Assembly: GCA_001938485.1 (NCBI GenBank)
Contig: MQRK01236046.1
Coordinates: forward strand, 15,318-79,317
Source of the DNA: Girardia tigrina
Lineage: Eukaryota
Length of the DNA: 64,000 nt
Direction: 5' to 3'
In this document: piece after piece, positions 1 to 11,500 of the stretch
Position numbering within the stretch: position 1 is the first letter of the stretch
How the letters are laid out: the number at the start of each line of letters is the position of its first letter
Translations under genes and position numbers: made by a program
Notes under the pieces: model-generated
Seen by the model: the letters and a program-made list of their open reading frames with translations, nothing else
Told to the model about the DNA's origin: nothing
Databases searched by the model: none

Positions 1-155
1 CGGTAGCATACGGTTCAATTTCACATTTAAACCCGCATATATCGCATGCTCATTTAAATTTTTTTTGACCGTTACAAGTAACTTCGAGAAAATTTAATTA
101 AGTTAACTTGAATTTTTTTTAATGTAAAATTGTACCTTAGGACCTAACAAATCAT

Positions 156-880
156 TCAGTGAAAATTTGAAGTTTCTATGTGGTCTAAATGCTGAGATAT
201 AGGCAAAAGTAAATGGCCCATTCTTGACAAGATGAAATACAGTGAAGGTATATGAAAAGTGCTTAAAAATTGACCTCCGGATTTAGGGAATAATCCCATT
301 TCACAAAAAGTGTTAGTGGCCGAAAGATCTCTTACTCCTAACAGACCTTTTTTGTTGATATTTAGGGCTCTAAATTCTAAATTTAAATCGTGGCCAACAA
401 TTATTTTTCCAAAGCATAATTGTTGTACCTTCTCAATTATTTCATATTCATCCTTCTTTCCTCTCATCATATTCTCGGTTATCCCGTGGTACTTTTCACC
501 TGTGCAAATCATTTTGTGCCTAGGGGTTGTGAATTCATTAAGTAATATATCCCCTTTTCTATTCAAAATGGTAATGGACACTAGTCCCCTAGTCTTATCT
601 AGTAAATCTCCCGTAAATTCCGCGTCCATAAATATTAATTTTTCCTTTATTTCATCCGTAGATAAAGGTTTACGAATGAAACTCCTACGAAATTTGAAAC
701 CCTTTACTAACTGAATCCGTTGTGAATTGGTACTGATTTGGGATTGATTGATTGCTTGTGTTTCTAAAAAAAAGGAAAAAAATTATTACCCCCTAACCTT
801 CACCTAAACAGGTTACTATGATAAGATAAAAGATTTTGAAAGAAAAAAAAATACTTACTAGAAAAATTTTTGAAGTTCAT
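156..880 (-). CDS. DEDDh 3'-5' exonuclease (REX4/RNase T-like), two exons (880-859, 763-156), C-terminus truncated or degenerate; cargo of a Gypsy-like element
   Basis: Motifs MDAEFTG (DxE), KYHGIT, IIVGHDL, VRDLS. Upstream ATG exon ends in GTAAGT, the acceptor is TTTTTAG, and splicing keeps the frame. The final HxxxxD motif was not found. Confidence 0.75.
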
Positions 881-1147
881 AATTTTGAAATATATATTTT
901 ATGTTTATAATTTGTTTGATTTTATAGTATTGATAAAGTTTTTTTTAACCAATAAGAAAGTTTTTTTTTAAAAGATTACTAACAAGCATCGCTCGCTCTA
1001 ATTTGTTGATACTCAGTCACACACATAAATCACAAAAATGTTATATCATTATAAGATTACAAGGGTATTAATGACATAAAAGAAAAATGATAAAAATAAA
1101 TAGATAAATAAAGTGAATATATACAAAGCATGCAAACTATCTCACAG

Positions 1148-3230
1148 TTACACCAGGGTTGATTGCGTTACTCGAACATCCCTTTGATTGAGTTGATAGG
1201 ACCGTCGTAGGTAGTTCGAAAACACTCGGAGCCAATGCCCACTTATGATCAGAAACATGATTATAGATATGATAACCATTCCAAAAATGAAGTAAGCAGT
1301 TTGTACAGAACTCCATCGGAAAAATATTTGCTTTCTATACACCTTTGATAAATTTGAAGCATTATTAAAGTGATTGGAAATATCTGAATCAGAAACGTTA
1401 AAATGAAGATTATCATTTTTATGAATTAAATTTAAATATTGATGACTATCATTAATATAGGTACGCTCCTCAATATATAAGGTCCTTACGATTTGATTGT
1501 CAACAAAAATAGTATGCCAAATAACTTTTGTTTTGTTTAGTTTTTGATATTAAATTTTTAAGGAATAATCTTCAGCTTCTTCAAGGTTTTTGATTTCTAC
1601 AATTGACGTAAAATAGTCAAGTTTTACCGTAATTACGGATCCCATAAATGAACAAAGTACAATGACCCTTTCATATAGATTTGATTTACGTACTAATATT
1701 ATTGAATTTTCATGAACTTTGATATCAATTCTATTGGTTTCGTTAATAATCGTTAGACAGAAATCTTCACTAAAAATAATTTCCCAACTACGTTTTGAGT
1801 ATTCTAACTTGTTATTTAAATATGCTTCAAAATATTGCAATTTTACTACATAGCTATTCTTAATTTTTAAATTATCGATGACCAAAAAAGGTTTTTCACT
1901 TGTCAAGAATTCTGATCTTTTTAGAGATTCAATTTCATATTCTACTCTGACTCGTACTAACTTAACAGGTTTCCAACGAATCATAATACTTAACCATGTG
2001 GGTTCAATTAACACCTTTTCAAGATTTGATTTTGTCCATACTCTCATTTTAAATTATCTGGATTATTGTCGATTTCAAATTGATTCTCCCAATATTTGAT
2101 CTGAAAATTATAGTAATGATTAAAGTATAAATTTCTTACCATTCCTATAGACAAAGTGTTGTTTACTATTAATGATCTTTTGACATCATCAATCGAATAA
2201 TATAATTTGAAGGTTTCAGAAGTGTGACATCTACATTGAAAAATTATTAAATTATAAGTTGAATAAATTTTTAATTGATTTAAAGTTTTAAGTTCAGTCT
2301 TTGCTGTATGATAATGTATAGATTGAGCTCCAGAGATAGGTAGAGAAAAATACAAAATCCAGGGTATGATCGATAAATAATGACATTTTTTACTTTTCTT
2401 TACCGAGTCTTTAATTTCTGTGCTCGTAGCATTTGCTTTGTTATTTCTTGCTTGCAGATTATAATGAGGTTCATCGACTTGTAATACTTTTTTGCATCTG
2501 TTAGCATGAACTACAATGATTTCCGCGTTTTTGTTATTTGCTGGTTGTAATCTAACGTTAGTTGGAGTTGTTCCACAAACTCGATAAGGTCCTTTGNNNN
2601 NNNNNNNNNNNNNNNNNNNNNNNNNNNNNNNNNNNNNNNNNNNNNNNNNNNNNACTAAATCTCCAATTTTGAAATCGTGATCCTTGGCTTTTTTATCGTA
2701 CGCAGATTTATATTCCTCTTGATTATGTTTGATTTTTAACCCTGCTCTTTCCCAAGCTAATTGCATTCTTTCCTTCATCAAGGTTTTATAATCAGCAACA
2801 TCAATAGTATTAGAGTCTACTTGTTCATAATTTAAATCGATGGGCATATTAGAGTTACGTAAATGCTTAAGATAAAACGGTGTTTCATTTGTAGCCGGAT
2901 GAACTGCATTATTGTATGCAAAGATACATGAACTGATATGTACATCCCAATTTGTTTGTCCATTATTTACGTACGAGGAAATCAAGTTTAATAGTGTACC
3001 ATTGAATCTTTCAACAAGACCATCCGTTTGCGGGTGATACGGAGATGTATTCAATTTCATTATTCCGAAATAATCAGTTACCTGTCTAAAAATTCACTCA
3101 TAAAATTTGAACCTTGATCTGTTAATAATTTTTTCGGAATATCATAACGAAATATTATTTCCTCTACGAATACTTTCGCTACTGTTTCAGTTTTTTGATT
3201 TGGTATCGGGACTGCTACGGCCCATTTTTC
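1148..3230 (-). pseudogene. Ty3/Gypsy integrase (rve) continuing into a membrane glycoprotein-like extension (hydrophobic leader, FN3-like repeats, C-terminal TM)
   Basis: TDQGSNF..., TSPYHPQTDGLVERFNGTL and GPY motifs. Then LSIIPWILYFSLPISGA, FN3-like W..Y..L..Y patterns and the TM segment AYFIFGMVIISIIMFLII. Two single-base frameshifts (~2047, ~1551) join the three track ORFs. Confidence 0.8.
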
Positions 3231-3439
3231 TGGTTATTGGTATTTTTAATCATTAATACTTCTATATATTGCGATTAATTAAATATTTCTCAAATAGTCT
3301 TTGATGTTGTCTTTGTTTTTATTTTCTTATTATTTATATTTTATTTTCTTATCAAATATTATTACGAACGTTTTGACATTATAATGGATTATTTGAGCTC
3401 GAATTGTTTTCATGAATCGGCAATAGTTGTGGCACACAA

Positions 3440-3560
3440 GGATTGCCCTACAGGGGTTGAGGTTGCGACTGGTTGAAGATGTAGCCGCGGTTCGTCTCCG
3501 CGTCCAAGGTATCGAGTGAGGTGGTCCTTGGACTCTGACGCGTAACTGAGTTATGTTGGT
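3440..3560 (-). repeat. Conserved block homologous to 11585-11680 (+), part of the giant LTR-element family
   Basis: TCAGTTACGC...GTCCAAGGACCA...TTGGACGCGGAGACGAA is present in both copies, in opposite orientation. Confidence 0.8.
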
Positions 3561-3683
3561 GTAAATAGGACGTGTAAATATGTACATGTGTTTATAATTG
3601 ATTAAAACTAACAAATTGGCATTTAATTCTATTCTACTAAATGTTATTGTCTATTTAATTTAATGTAAGAAATTTTAAGTAAT

Positions 3684-6600
3684 TGTCACGACCCATTTGT
3701 TCATAACAATTTTAAGTGCTCAGAGGCCCCAGTGGCTATTAAGGGTCAGCCACAACCCAATTTCAATTTATTATTTAACTACAACTCTCTACAATACTTA
3801 TTCTCTCTACTATATATTATAGGGTCGGACGCCTCTTCTCGCTCGACATCTGCCTGACAGTGCCGAGTGTGAAGGGCCTGCGGGTTCTGATAGAGATGGG
3901 ATGGGCTATGAGCCCCCCACCTAGCGGAGTGTCGCTCGGGGATGATGTATGCTCTATTATTGTGTAATATGAGACTTACGGTACTGTTGTGTGTAATATA
4001 AAACTTGTTGCACTGTTATGTGTTTATGTTTCGGAAACTTGAGGCGATGTTATGCCTGTAGGTTGACTTGCTGCACTGTAGTGAATGAATGTGATCTTAT
4101 GGCACTGTTATGTTCGCGTATATACTCGAAGCGTCTGTTTGTTTTGTTTTAATGACCTATGATATCGTTGTTCGCCTGTTTGTAGCAGAATCTATGTTTA
4201 TTATAGCTCACTAGTGTGATGATGAACTCCTCTGGTTCCCTTACTTCTAGTATGACATGATAATTATGGCTTTTCTATCGTTATAGAATACATGATCAAC
4301 AGCAGCTTTTTTCGAGAACATTTTTATCTCATTATCTAACACTACATCGTTCTTTAACACTATCATTGTATTACTATTTCGTTATTATTACTTAGTGTAA
4401 TTCGACAGTCGTGATTTTATGGGGTTTGTCGTTATTTCTCACTTCCAATTTTTAATGCTTATATCGCTAAATACCAGAACTAAATAATTCCTATGCGCGA
4501 TTCCTCAAAGACAATTATTAATATTTGTAAAACAATTTTATCTTATTATTAATATCTACATACGTATCTTTAACTATTAATATTTGTAAAGTAATTTTAC
4601 ACCTCCCGCAAAGAGAATCGTTGATATTCATAAAATAATTTTCGTCCGCTAACTTCAATAGAATTATTATTAATAGAGTAAAATAAATTTATTCATAAAA
4701 TAATTTTCGTCCGATAACTTCAATAAAATTATTACCCATAAAATTCAATAACAAAATAAATTATATACAGATTTGATTTTAGACTCGTTTGTTTTAATGG
4801 TCTAAATTGCATCTCGACCTTTGGGTGTTTTTTTCGATTCCCAAAAGAAATTTTCAATCTTAATCGCCTCAACTACATTTTTCCATGGAATAACCACACA
4901 GTCAATAAAATATAGAGGTAACGAAATTACAGTTTTTAATTGCTAAAATTATTTACCATAAATAATCGGTATTCTTCCACAAAATTCATAATTCGCTTTG
5001 ATTTTATTTTTCTCATAGTCGACAAAATTAAACACCACTCTCGCTTACCGTCAAGATAAATATTTCACCGGTATAATGAATAACTAGCAATCGGGCATGA
5101 TTAATAAATAATCAATCTCAATTAGCAACTAATAGCAGAGTGTAACTAATAATTAATAACCAGGTGAGACTAATAACGCTCTCAGATACTACGTTCCTTA
5201 CTATAGTAATCACTAATATAAAAATAATAATAACAAGACGGTGACTAAAATCGTAAGTTAAGGTATATTTAAAAGAAAGGGTTTTGTCTTAGATACTCGG
5301 TCGTCCGACACGGGCGAGCTCGCGGCTCTGCGTCTTCGATTGGTCATGGATATCTCCGAGAAACAATTTGAGGGGCATTGAAGTTACATCTACGATGATC
5401 GGGTCAGCATAATTCCCGACGCTCTTCCATCGTGCGTTAGAGCGCAAATTCTCTCGGGGCATAGTTGAAGGCGACGACGGCGGGACGACGGATTACCTGA
5501 CTCGGAAATTAAGTATCTACTAATCATAAACTATAATAAACACGAAAGTAAAGTCAAAGTAATAGAATAAAACGAAAAGTGAAACTGTAGATTATTATTC
5601 AATAAAAAAAGCTAATGACCACAATCAAACATAATAAATGAAAATTTACAGTTGAATTCGTAAGCTGGGAGCCGGTCGAATGTCTCGGTCGTCTGGTACT
5701 CTTCTTCGTCGGCGCGTCACTCGGATGAAACGTCGTCGTACACTGTCGGGTGGTTATGGCGGGATAATCGTGGATTCCGCTGTCCTTGTGTAACCTCGGT
5801 TCGTGTCCCACCTTTTCTTCTCGTACGTGTTCGGTATCCTTGCCTTCCGTTGATCGTTGGTATTTCGTATCGCGTACGCCTCTGGAACTCGTTGTCGTCG
5901 AAGATAGTGCAAATGGATCTTGATAAATTCGTGAGCAAAATTGCTATGTAAAAGTTGTTGTGGTTGTTGTTGAAAGTTGTAATTTTTTTGTGATTCTCGG
6001 CAGTGTGACTGTTATATTTATAACAGCGTTATTGATTTTGTCAGGGTGCGATTTCCTCGTGGCCGCTTCTGATTGGCCAACATCGACGGTTTTGTTTTTC
6101 GATTTATCGGGGCAATTTGTTGCCGTACAGTATGTCCAAATATGGACAATGACTGCTTTGTCACATGGACAAGGCCTACCTTGTCACCGATGACTGTTCA
6201 TCGCGTGATGCTGTTTTTTCTTTGTGGGCCTGACTCATGGTAAGTTTTGTTTGCTATTCTTTGTCTTACTTAATTGGCCTTTGTTCTTTTTTAATTAATT
6301 TATATTTCTTTACAGGGGTATAACTTTTCAGGGGAACGCGTCAGAATTTTGCGGGTGACCTTCAGGGGTTCCTCATCTTCGGGGCTACAAGTGGAGGGTC
6401 TGTTGGCCTCATAATGTTGACGGGTCGCCTTGGAGGTGACTTTATTAATTTTTTGGGGTCTATTTTTCAATTAATTCTTTCTTTTCCAGGGTTTGGACTC
6501 TTCTCGGATCTTTGGACGTCGTCGGCCGTCTTTGGGATCGCCTCAAGCTGTCGTCAGAACTTTATTAGCTTTTTCTTTTTGGAATTTGAATAAATGTATT

Positions 6601-8081
6601 TTGCCTAACTGGTCTTTAATATTTTTGGTGTTGTTTTATTAATATTTTTGGAAACAAAAAAAATTTTTTAATGGGTTTAGTATTCTCTATAAATTTCTTA
6701 ATGGGTTCCGGGCCGTACTGTTGCACTTAGATGGTGTTCCTTCTTTTGTTTTCTCCTCTTAGGTTTATAATTCAAATTTCAATTTCTCGACCACAACATA
6801 ATGATTTTGGGAATTAATTTGATTCAATTGTTTGTTGGTTTAAAGTTTTATTTAATTCATAATAATTTTATATTTAAGTAATTTGTTAGTTATTTATTAG
6901 CAGGTTTTCGGTAATATTTCCTGGCTAATTTTTGAGTAATTTTAATTTAATTTATGCTTTAAAATTTAACTTACTTTGAAAATCAGAAAATTTAATTTAA
7001 AGTAACAGCAGTTATTACTGAAAATCTTACGACGAAGTCTCAATTATGCAACCGTTTGTGATTTATTTAATGACCTTTGATTATGATTTATTCGTGCTCG
7101 CTAAAGTAGGGAAAGATATTCGTGTATACTTACAATCTGTAAAGTTGTATGACATCGGAAGTGAGGATTCCAGAAATTTTCAATATGCAACATTAACATT
7201 TACAAATTTTAAATCTGGGAATCCCAAAACAGATCTCGGTTTTCGTTACGAATTGGTAAAATATGACGACAAAAGTATCAGGGAAGGTTTATCGGAAATG
7301 TTAAAGTTTAAAAGTGCAGATTATTTTTCCTCATTATATACGGAAAAAATTGGAAAGGTTCTATTATTTTCTGAAGTTTTGTTGTCCAGTTATACTTTAA
7401 CGAAAAAAATTATTGAACTTGGGAATTATCACCCAGTCGTTATGAATTCGTATGTTCCAAAAGGAAAAAGAGGGAGAGGCTCTAATAAATGGATCAGTCT
7501 TCTTGGTTACGCTATGTTTTCGTGCTTTTTCCCCATTTCTGTCAGATCAAAACTGGAGTGTTCCATAATTTCATTCCATAACTTGTTGATATTGACATAT
7601 CAGAACTAAAGAAATTATCACGTGAGTTAAATTTACCAGGTATCATATCTGTTAACGAGATTGTTAATAATCAAGAAAATGTGACATTTGAACCGCAATC
7701 ACATGAAGAAATTTTAGAATTTATTAAAAATGGAAAGAATCGAGATGAATAAAATCAAACACAAAATAAAGAATTTATTCATATCAGAAGATCTACTCCA
7801 GATGATTTCAAGAAAATACTTACAGCAAATTATGAAATTATAAAAGTTTTAGCGAATGAGGAGTGTGTTGATAAAAACGTTTTAAAAAATGCTTATTCTT
7901 TGTTGGAATATGTGCGAAAAAGATCACAATCAGAAAAACACTTGATAATTATTTTATGAAAAAGTATTTTATTTAATAAATGTTATTAAATTTCTTCAGT
8001 TTTTTTCAATCCACCTAACCCGCTCAATCCGCCAAATTCTTAAAACCACCATTTCATTTCTAAGCGGATTAGGCGGTGACA
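3684..8081 (+). mobile_element. Putative ~4.4 kb LTR (unit A) of a giant Gypsy-like element
   Basis: Starts TGTCAC and ends GTGACA (terminal inverted hexamer). The first ~260 bp are homologous to 8507-8752. No TSD found. Confidence 0.5.
7046..7609 (+). CDS. Hypothetical protein inside LTR-like unit A
   Basis: 187-aa ATG-initiated ORF in AT-rich DNA. No family recognised, and the 3' part may be frameshifted. Confidence 0.4.
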   Translation: MQPFVIYLMTFDYDLFVLAKVGKDIRVYLQSVKLYDIGSEDSRNFQYATLTFTNFKSGNPKTDLGFRYELVKYDDKSIREGLSEMLKFKSADYFSSLYTEKIGKVLLFSEVLLSSYTLTKKIIELGNYHPVVMNSYVPKGKRGRGSNKWISLLGYAMFSCFFPISVRSKLECSIISFHNLLILTYQN

Positions 8082-8129
8082 ACTGTATATATATATATAT
8101 ATACACATTGTAAGGTAAAATCTATATAA

Positions 8130-8389
8130 TAGGGATAAAAACAAGACGACGCGTTTCGAGATAATAAAAATCCCATCATCAGGTCACAAAATGTACCAAG
8201 CAGGTATACTATATGGAAACTTGCCGAAAATAAATAAATTTTATCCAATAAATTATTATCCAATAATTTATTGGATAAAATTTATTTATTTTCGGCAAGT
8301 TTCCATATAGTGTACCTGCTTGGTACATTTTGTGACCTGATGATGGGATTTTTATTATCTCGAAACGCGTCGTCTTGTTTTTATCCCTA
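8130..8389. repeat. 128-bp near-perfect inverted repeat (Penelope-like terminal repeat) embedded in (TA)n
   Basis: Arms 8130-8257 and 8262-8389, 4-nt spacer ATCC, one mismatch. Confidence 0.95.
8334..8374 (+). ncRNA. Minimal type I hammerhead ribozyme (Penelope-type); mirror copy at 8145-8185 (-)
   Basis: GAC-CTGATGA-TGGGAT(TTTTATT)ATCTC-GAAAC-GC-GTC^GTC: full catalytic core, stem II, 3-bp stem I and a palindromic ACGCGT stem III. Confidence 0.85.
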
Positions 8390-8506
8390 ATATATATATN
8401 NNNNNNNNNNNNNNNNNNNNNNNNNNNNNNNNNNNNNNNNNNNNNNNNNATATATATATATAATGTGTGATCGCCGGGAGTCGAATCCGGATCGAATGCT
8501 TGGAAG

Positions 8507-11500
8507 TGTCACGACCCTTTCGAGTTAAAACATTTTGGAAAGCTCAAGAGCCTCCAGTGGTTATTAAGGGTCAACCACAACCCAATGTTACTTTGAAAGT
8601 ATTGATTTACTTTATTTTATCTGTGAGCGGGTCGGACGCCTCTTCTTGCCCGATATCTGGCTAGCAGTGCCGAGCGCGAAGAGCCTTCGGGTTCAAGTAA
8701 AGATAGGACGGGTGAAGGCTCCCCCCCCGCCTAACTCAGTATCAATCGGGGTATGCTGTGTGATACGTTTGTGTCGATTATGTCTGTGTCGGCTTCGTAC
8801 TGTAATGAAACTTGTGGCATTTATGACGCGCTTAAGTGCTGTGCTAAACTTACGGCGTTGTATCTGTGGACGTACTTGAAGTACAGTCAGGTCCGATTTC
8901 TCTGAAATTACGAGAATATTATATCGCTGTATGTTGCATATTAGTTCATCGTTTTATTTCACCCCCATCTCTCTACAGTTTATATCATGCCGTGGCATTT
9001 TATTAGTATTCAGTATTTATTTGCCTTTCACCAGGCTCTCTCATTAATTAATATGTGCTTCAGTTTTTGCACGAGCGTTTGTTATATATTTACCGTCATT
9101 CAGTTAAAATTGAATTTATATAGTCAGTATTTATTCTCGTCTCCTAGAAGTGAATTCGCGACTAACAGATTTTATCGGTGAAAGATCCTCAATTAAACTT
9201 ACAATTTCCTTTGATAATGATGTCCGAACTTAGTCAGGAATTCCTTTGGAAAAACTTAAAAATTTTATTCATAAAAATTTCATAAATTCATAAAAATTTT
9301 ATTAATACCTCGTAAAGTTTTCCTAAAATCCCATTATATCATAAAATTCATTATAAAATTCTTGATCAACATTTCGTAGAATTGTTATAAAATTCCAAAT
9401 ATTAGCTGCTCAAAACTTCCGTTAAAATTCGCAGTTAGGTTAGAATTGGATTTAAGTTAAACTAAATTAAAATTAAACTCGCAATCAAAACTGAAAATCA
9501 ATTAAATTAAAACTGGAAATTATAAGGATTCATCATAAAATCATGGAATTTCTCCAAAAAAAAATTTTTTTACTGATAAAGGTTCATTGATTAAAGATTC
9601 ACTAATTTTTTACTAAAGATTTTGTAAAAGATCTCGATTAATTTATTCACTAGGATAATATATATTTATTTCGTAACGAAGGGTTTTTCGTTTGTTTTAA
9701 TAATCTAAAGTTCGTCCTACAAACCACTCTGCGAATTAGATTTTCCTTTCGAATATCATACACATTCATTACGATATTTTCGCTGATGATGCGGACGACG
9801 ACCGGGGAACTAATTCTTAACTCCAGCTCCGAAGCATCGGGTGTTCGATCTTTTATCTGTTTTTAGTCAAACTGACGAAGATCAATTCCAATCAGGTATA
9901 TGCTTACTGGCTGTCTAAATCCAAACTAAATCACTGTCGTTCAAATAATGTCAGTTAATTTATTAGAATTCGATTAATTAAAACCACTTAAATCAAATAA
10001 TAGTTAGTTAAATAAATTTATTATAATTTAACAAGGATTAATCGAATACATTTATTGATATAAATAAAACTGAATCAACTATGTTTCCATAAATTAATCG
10101 AGTTTACATTTATTTCTTCGCTCACATCAACACGTTGTGTGTACGTTGGAACGCCTTCGGGTTCTCTACCAGTACCGAGGATGGCCCGATTGGTAACACA
10201 GTTTCTGAGGGGATGATGCTAACTCTAACTGAAGCTTATATTTTAGACTACATTATCTAGATAAGACAAAGAGTGTCTCGAGGAAATAAACGTCGGTCTG
10301 CCCGCGTGCCCCTCGCATGCTACGAGCAGCCTGCGTCATCTCCAAAAGATTCTTTGTCTCTACGTAAACTCAAATTATGCGTAAATTTATTTCATACTCA
10401 CGTTCAATTATATTCGTATTTTATTATGTTGGGTTCTATGATATTTGAATATATTTGTTATCATTATCTGTATGGATGTGCTGAACTGCGACAATGATTC
10501 TACAACTTGTTAATTTGTTTATTACTAAAATTATTGCTCAGGAAAATTGAAAAAACGGCGCACAACGTTTCGAACATTTCAAATGTTTATCATCACGATC
10601 GTTTGAAAATTTGTGACTTTATTTGTGTCATCATTCGAGATTCAATATTATTTTGTCTGCTTGCAAATTAGTTTAAATTGTTCATAAAACAATTGCATCG
10701 GAAACTTAAACTAGCCCCGATGTTGCATTAATCAACGTTATATTAGGTCCATATAATTAAACTCTCATGCCACGAATCGACAAAACGAAATCAGAAAAGT
10801 TTACGTAAATAAATAACTAATAACTTCGGAAAACATGAAATGATAAAACCGTATTTGATTCACTTCTTTCATTACTCTCACGTGATCTACATCTGTGACT
10901 ATCTGACAACTTGTGATCACAACTCTCGCTTTAGTACTCGTTGCAGTTCTCACACACCTTTTACGATCTTAAATAACCTTTCTTGGCCGTGTTCTCGCAA
11001 TCACACGTAATAGTCCTAAAGAGAACCGTTGTTCGTTCTTTAGTGACCCTGTATAGAACATTAGACTCTCTCATAATCGTGTGGTATTAATTCACATTTC
11101 ACAAATCTAGCTCAAGAAATTTAACTTTTGATTCAGTCACTTATCTCGTAGAAAATTTACTCCTTTCAAAACTTTAATTTAATATAAAATTTTACCAATT
11201 AGACTCATTAGTAAAGGAATATTTTTAAAGAATATTTATAAAATATTACGAATTAATGTTCGAGATGATCAGTTACACTCATTAAGAAAGAAAAATCATT
11301 ACAAAATATTTACAAAAATTACGAATTAATGTTCGAGATGATTCATTAAACAAAAAAAATAAAAATTTCTAATAAGTTACAAAATTTAATTAAGCTCGTT
11401 AAATTCGTGTTAAATAAAATTCTAATTTCCAAATTAATTCAGTAATATATAAAATAATAACCAAATTAACAACTACTGAAAAAAAATAATAATTGGATTC

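Noticed and set aside
10561-10600. Third hammerhead-like motif on the minus strand (GTGATGA-stem-GAAACG)
   Set aside because: The core C is mutated and there is no proper NUH site or stem I; at most a dead Penelope remnant.
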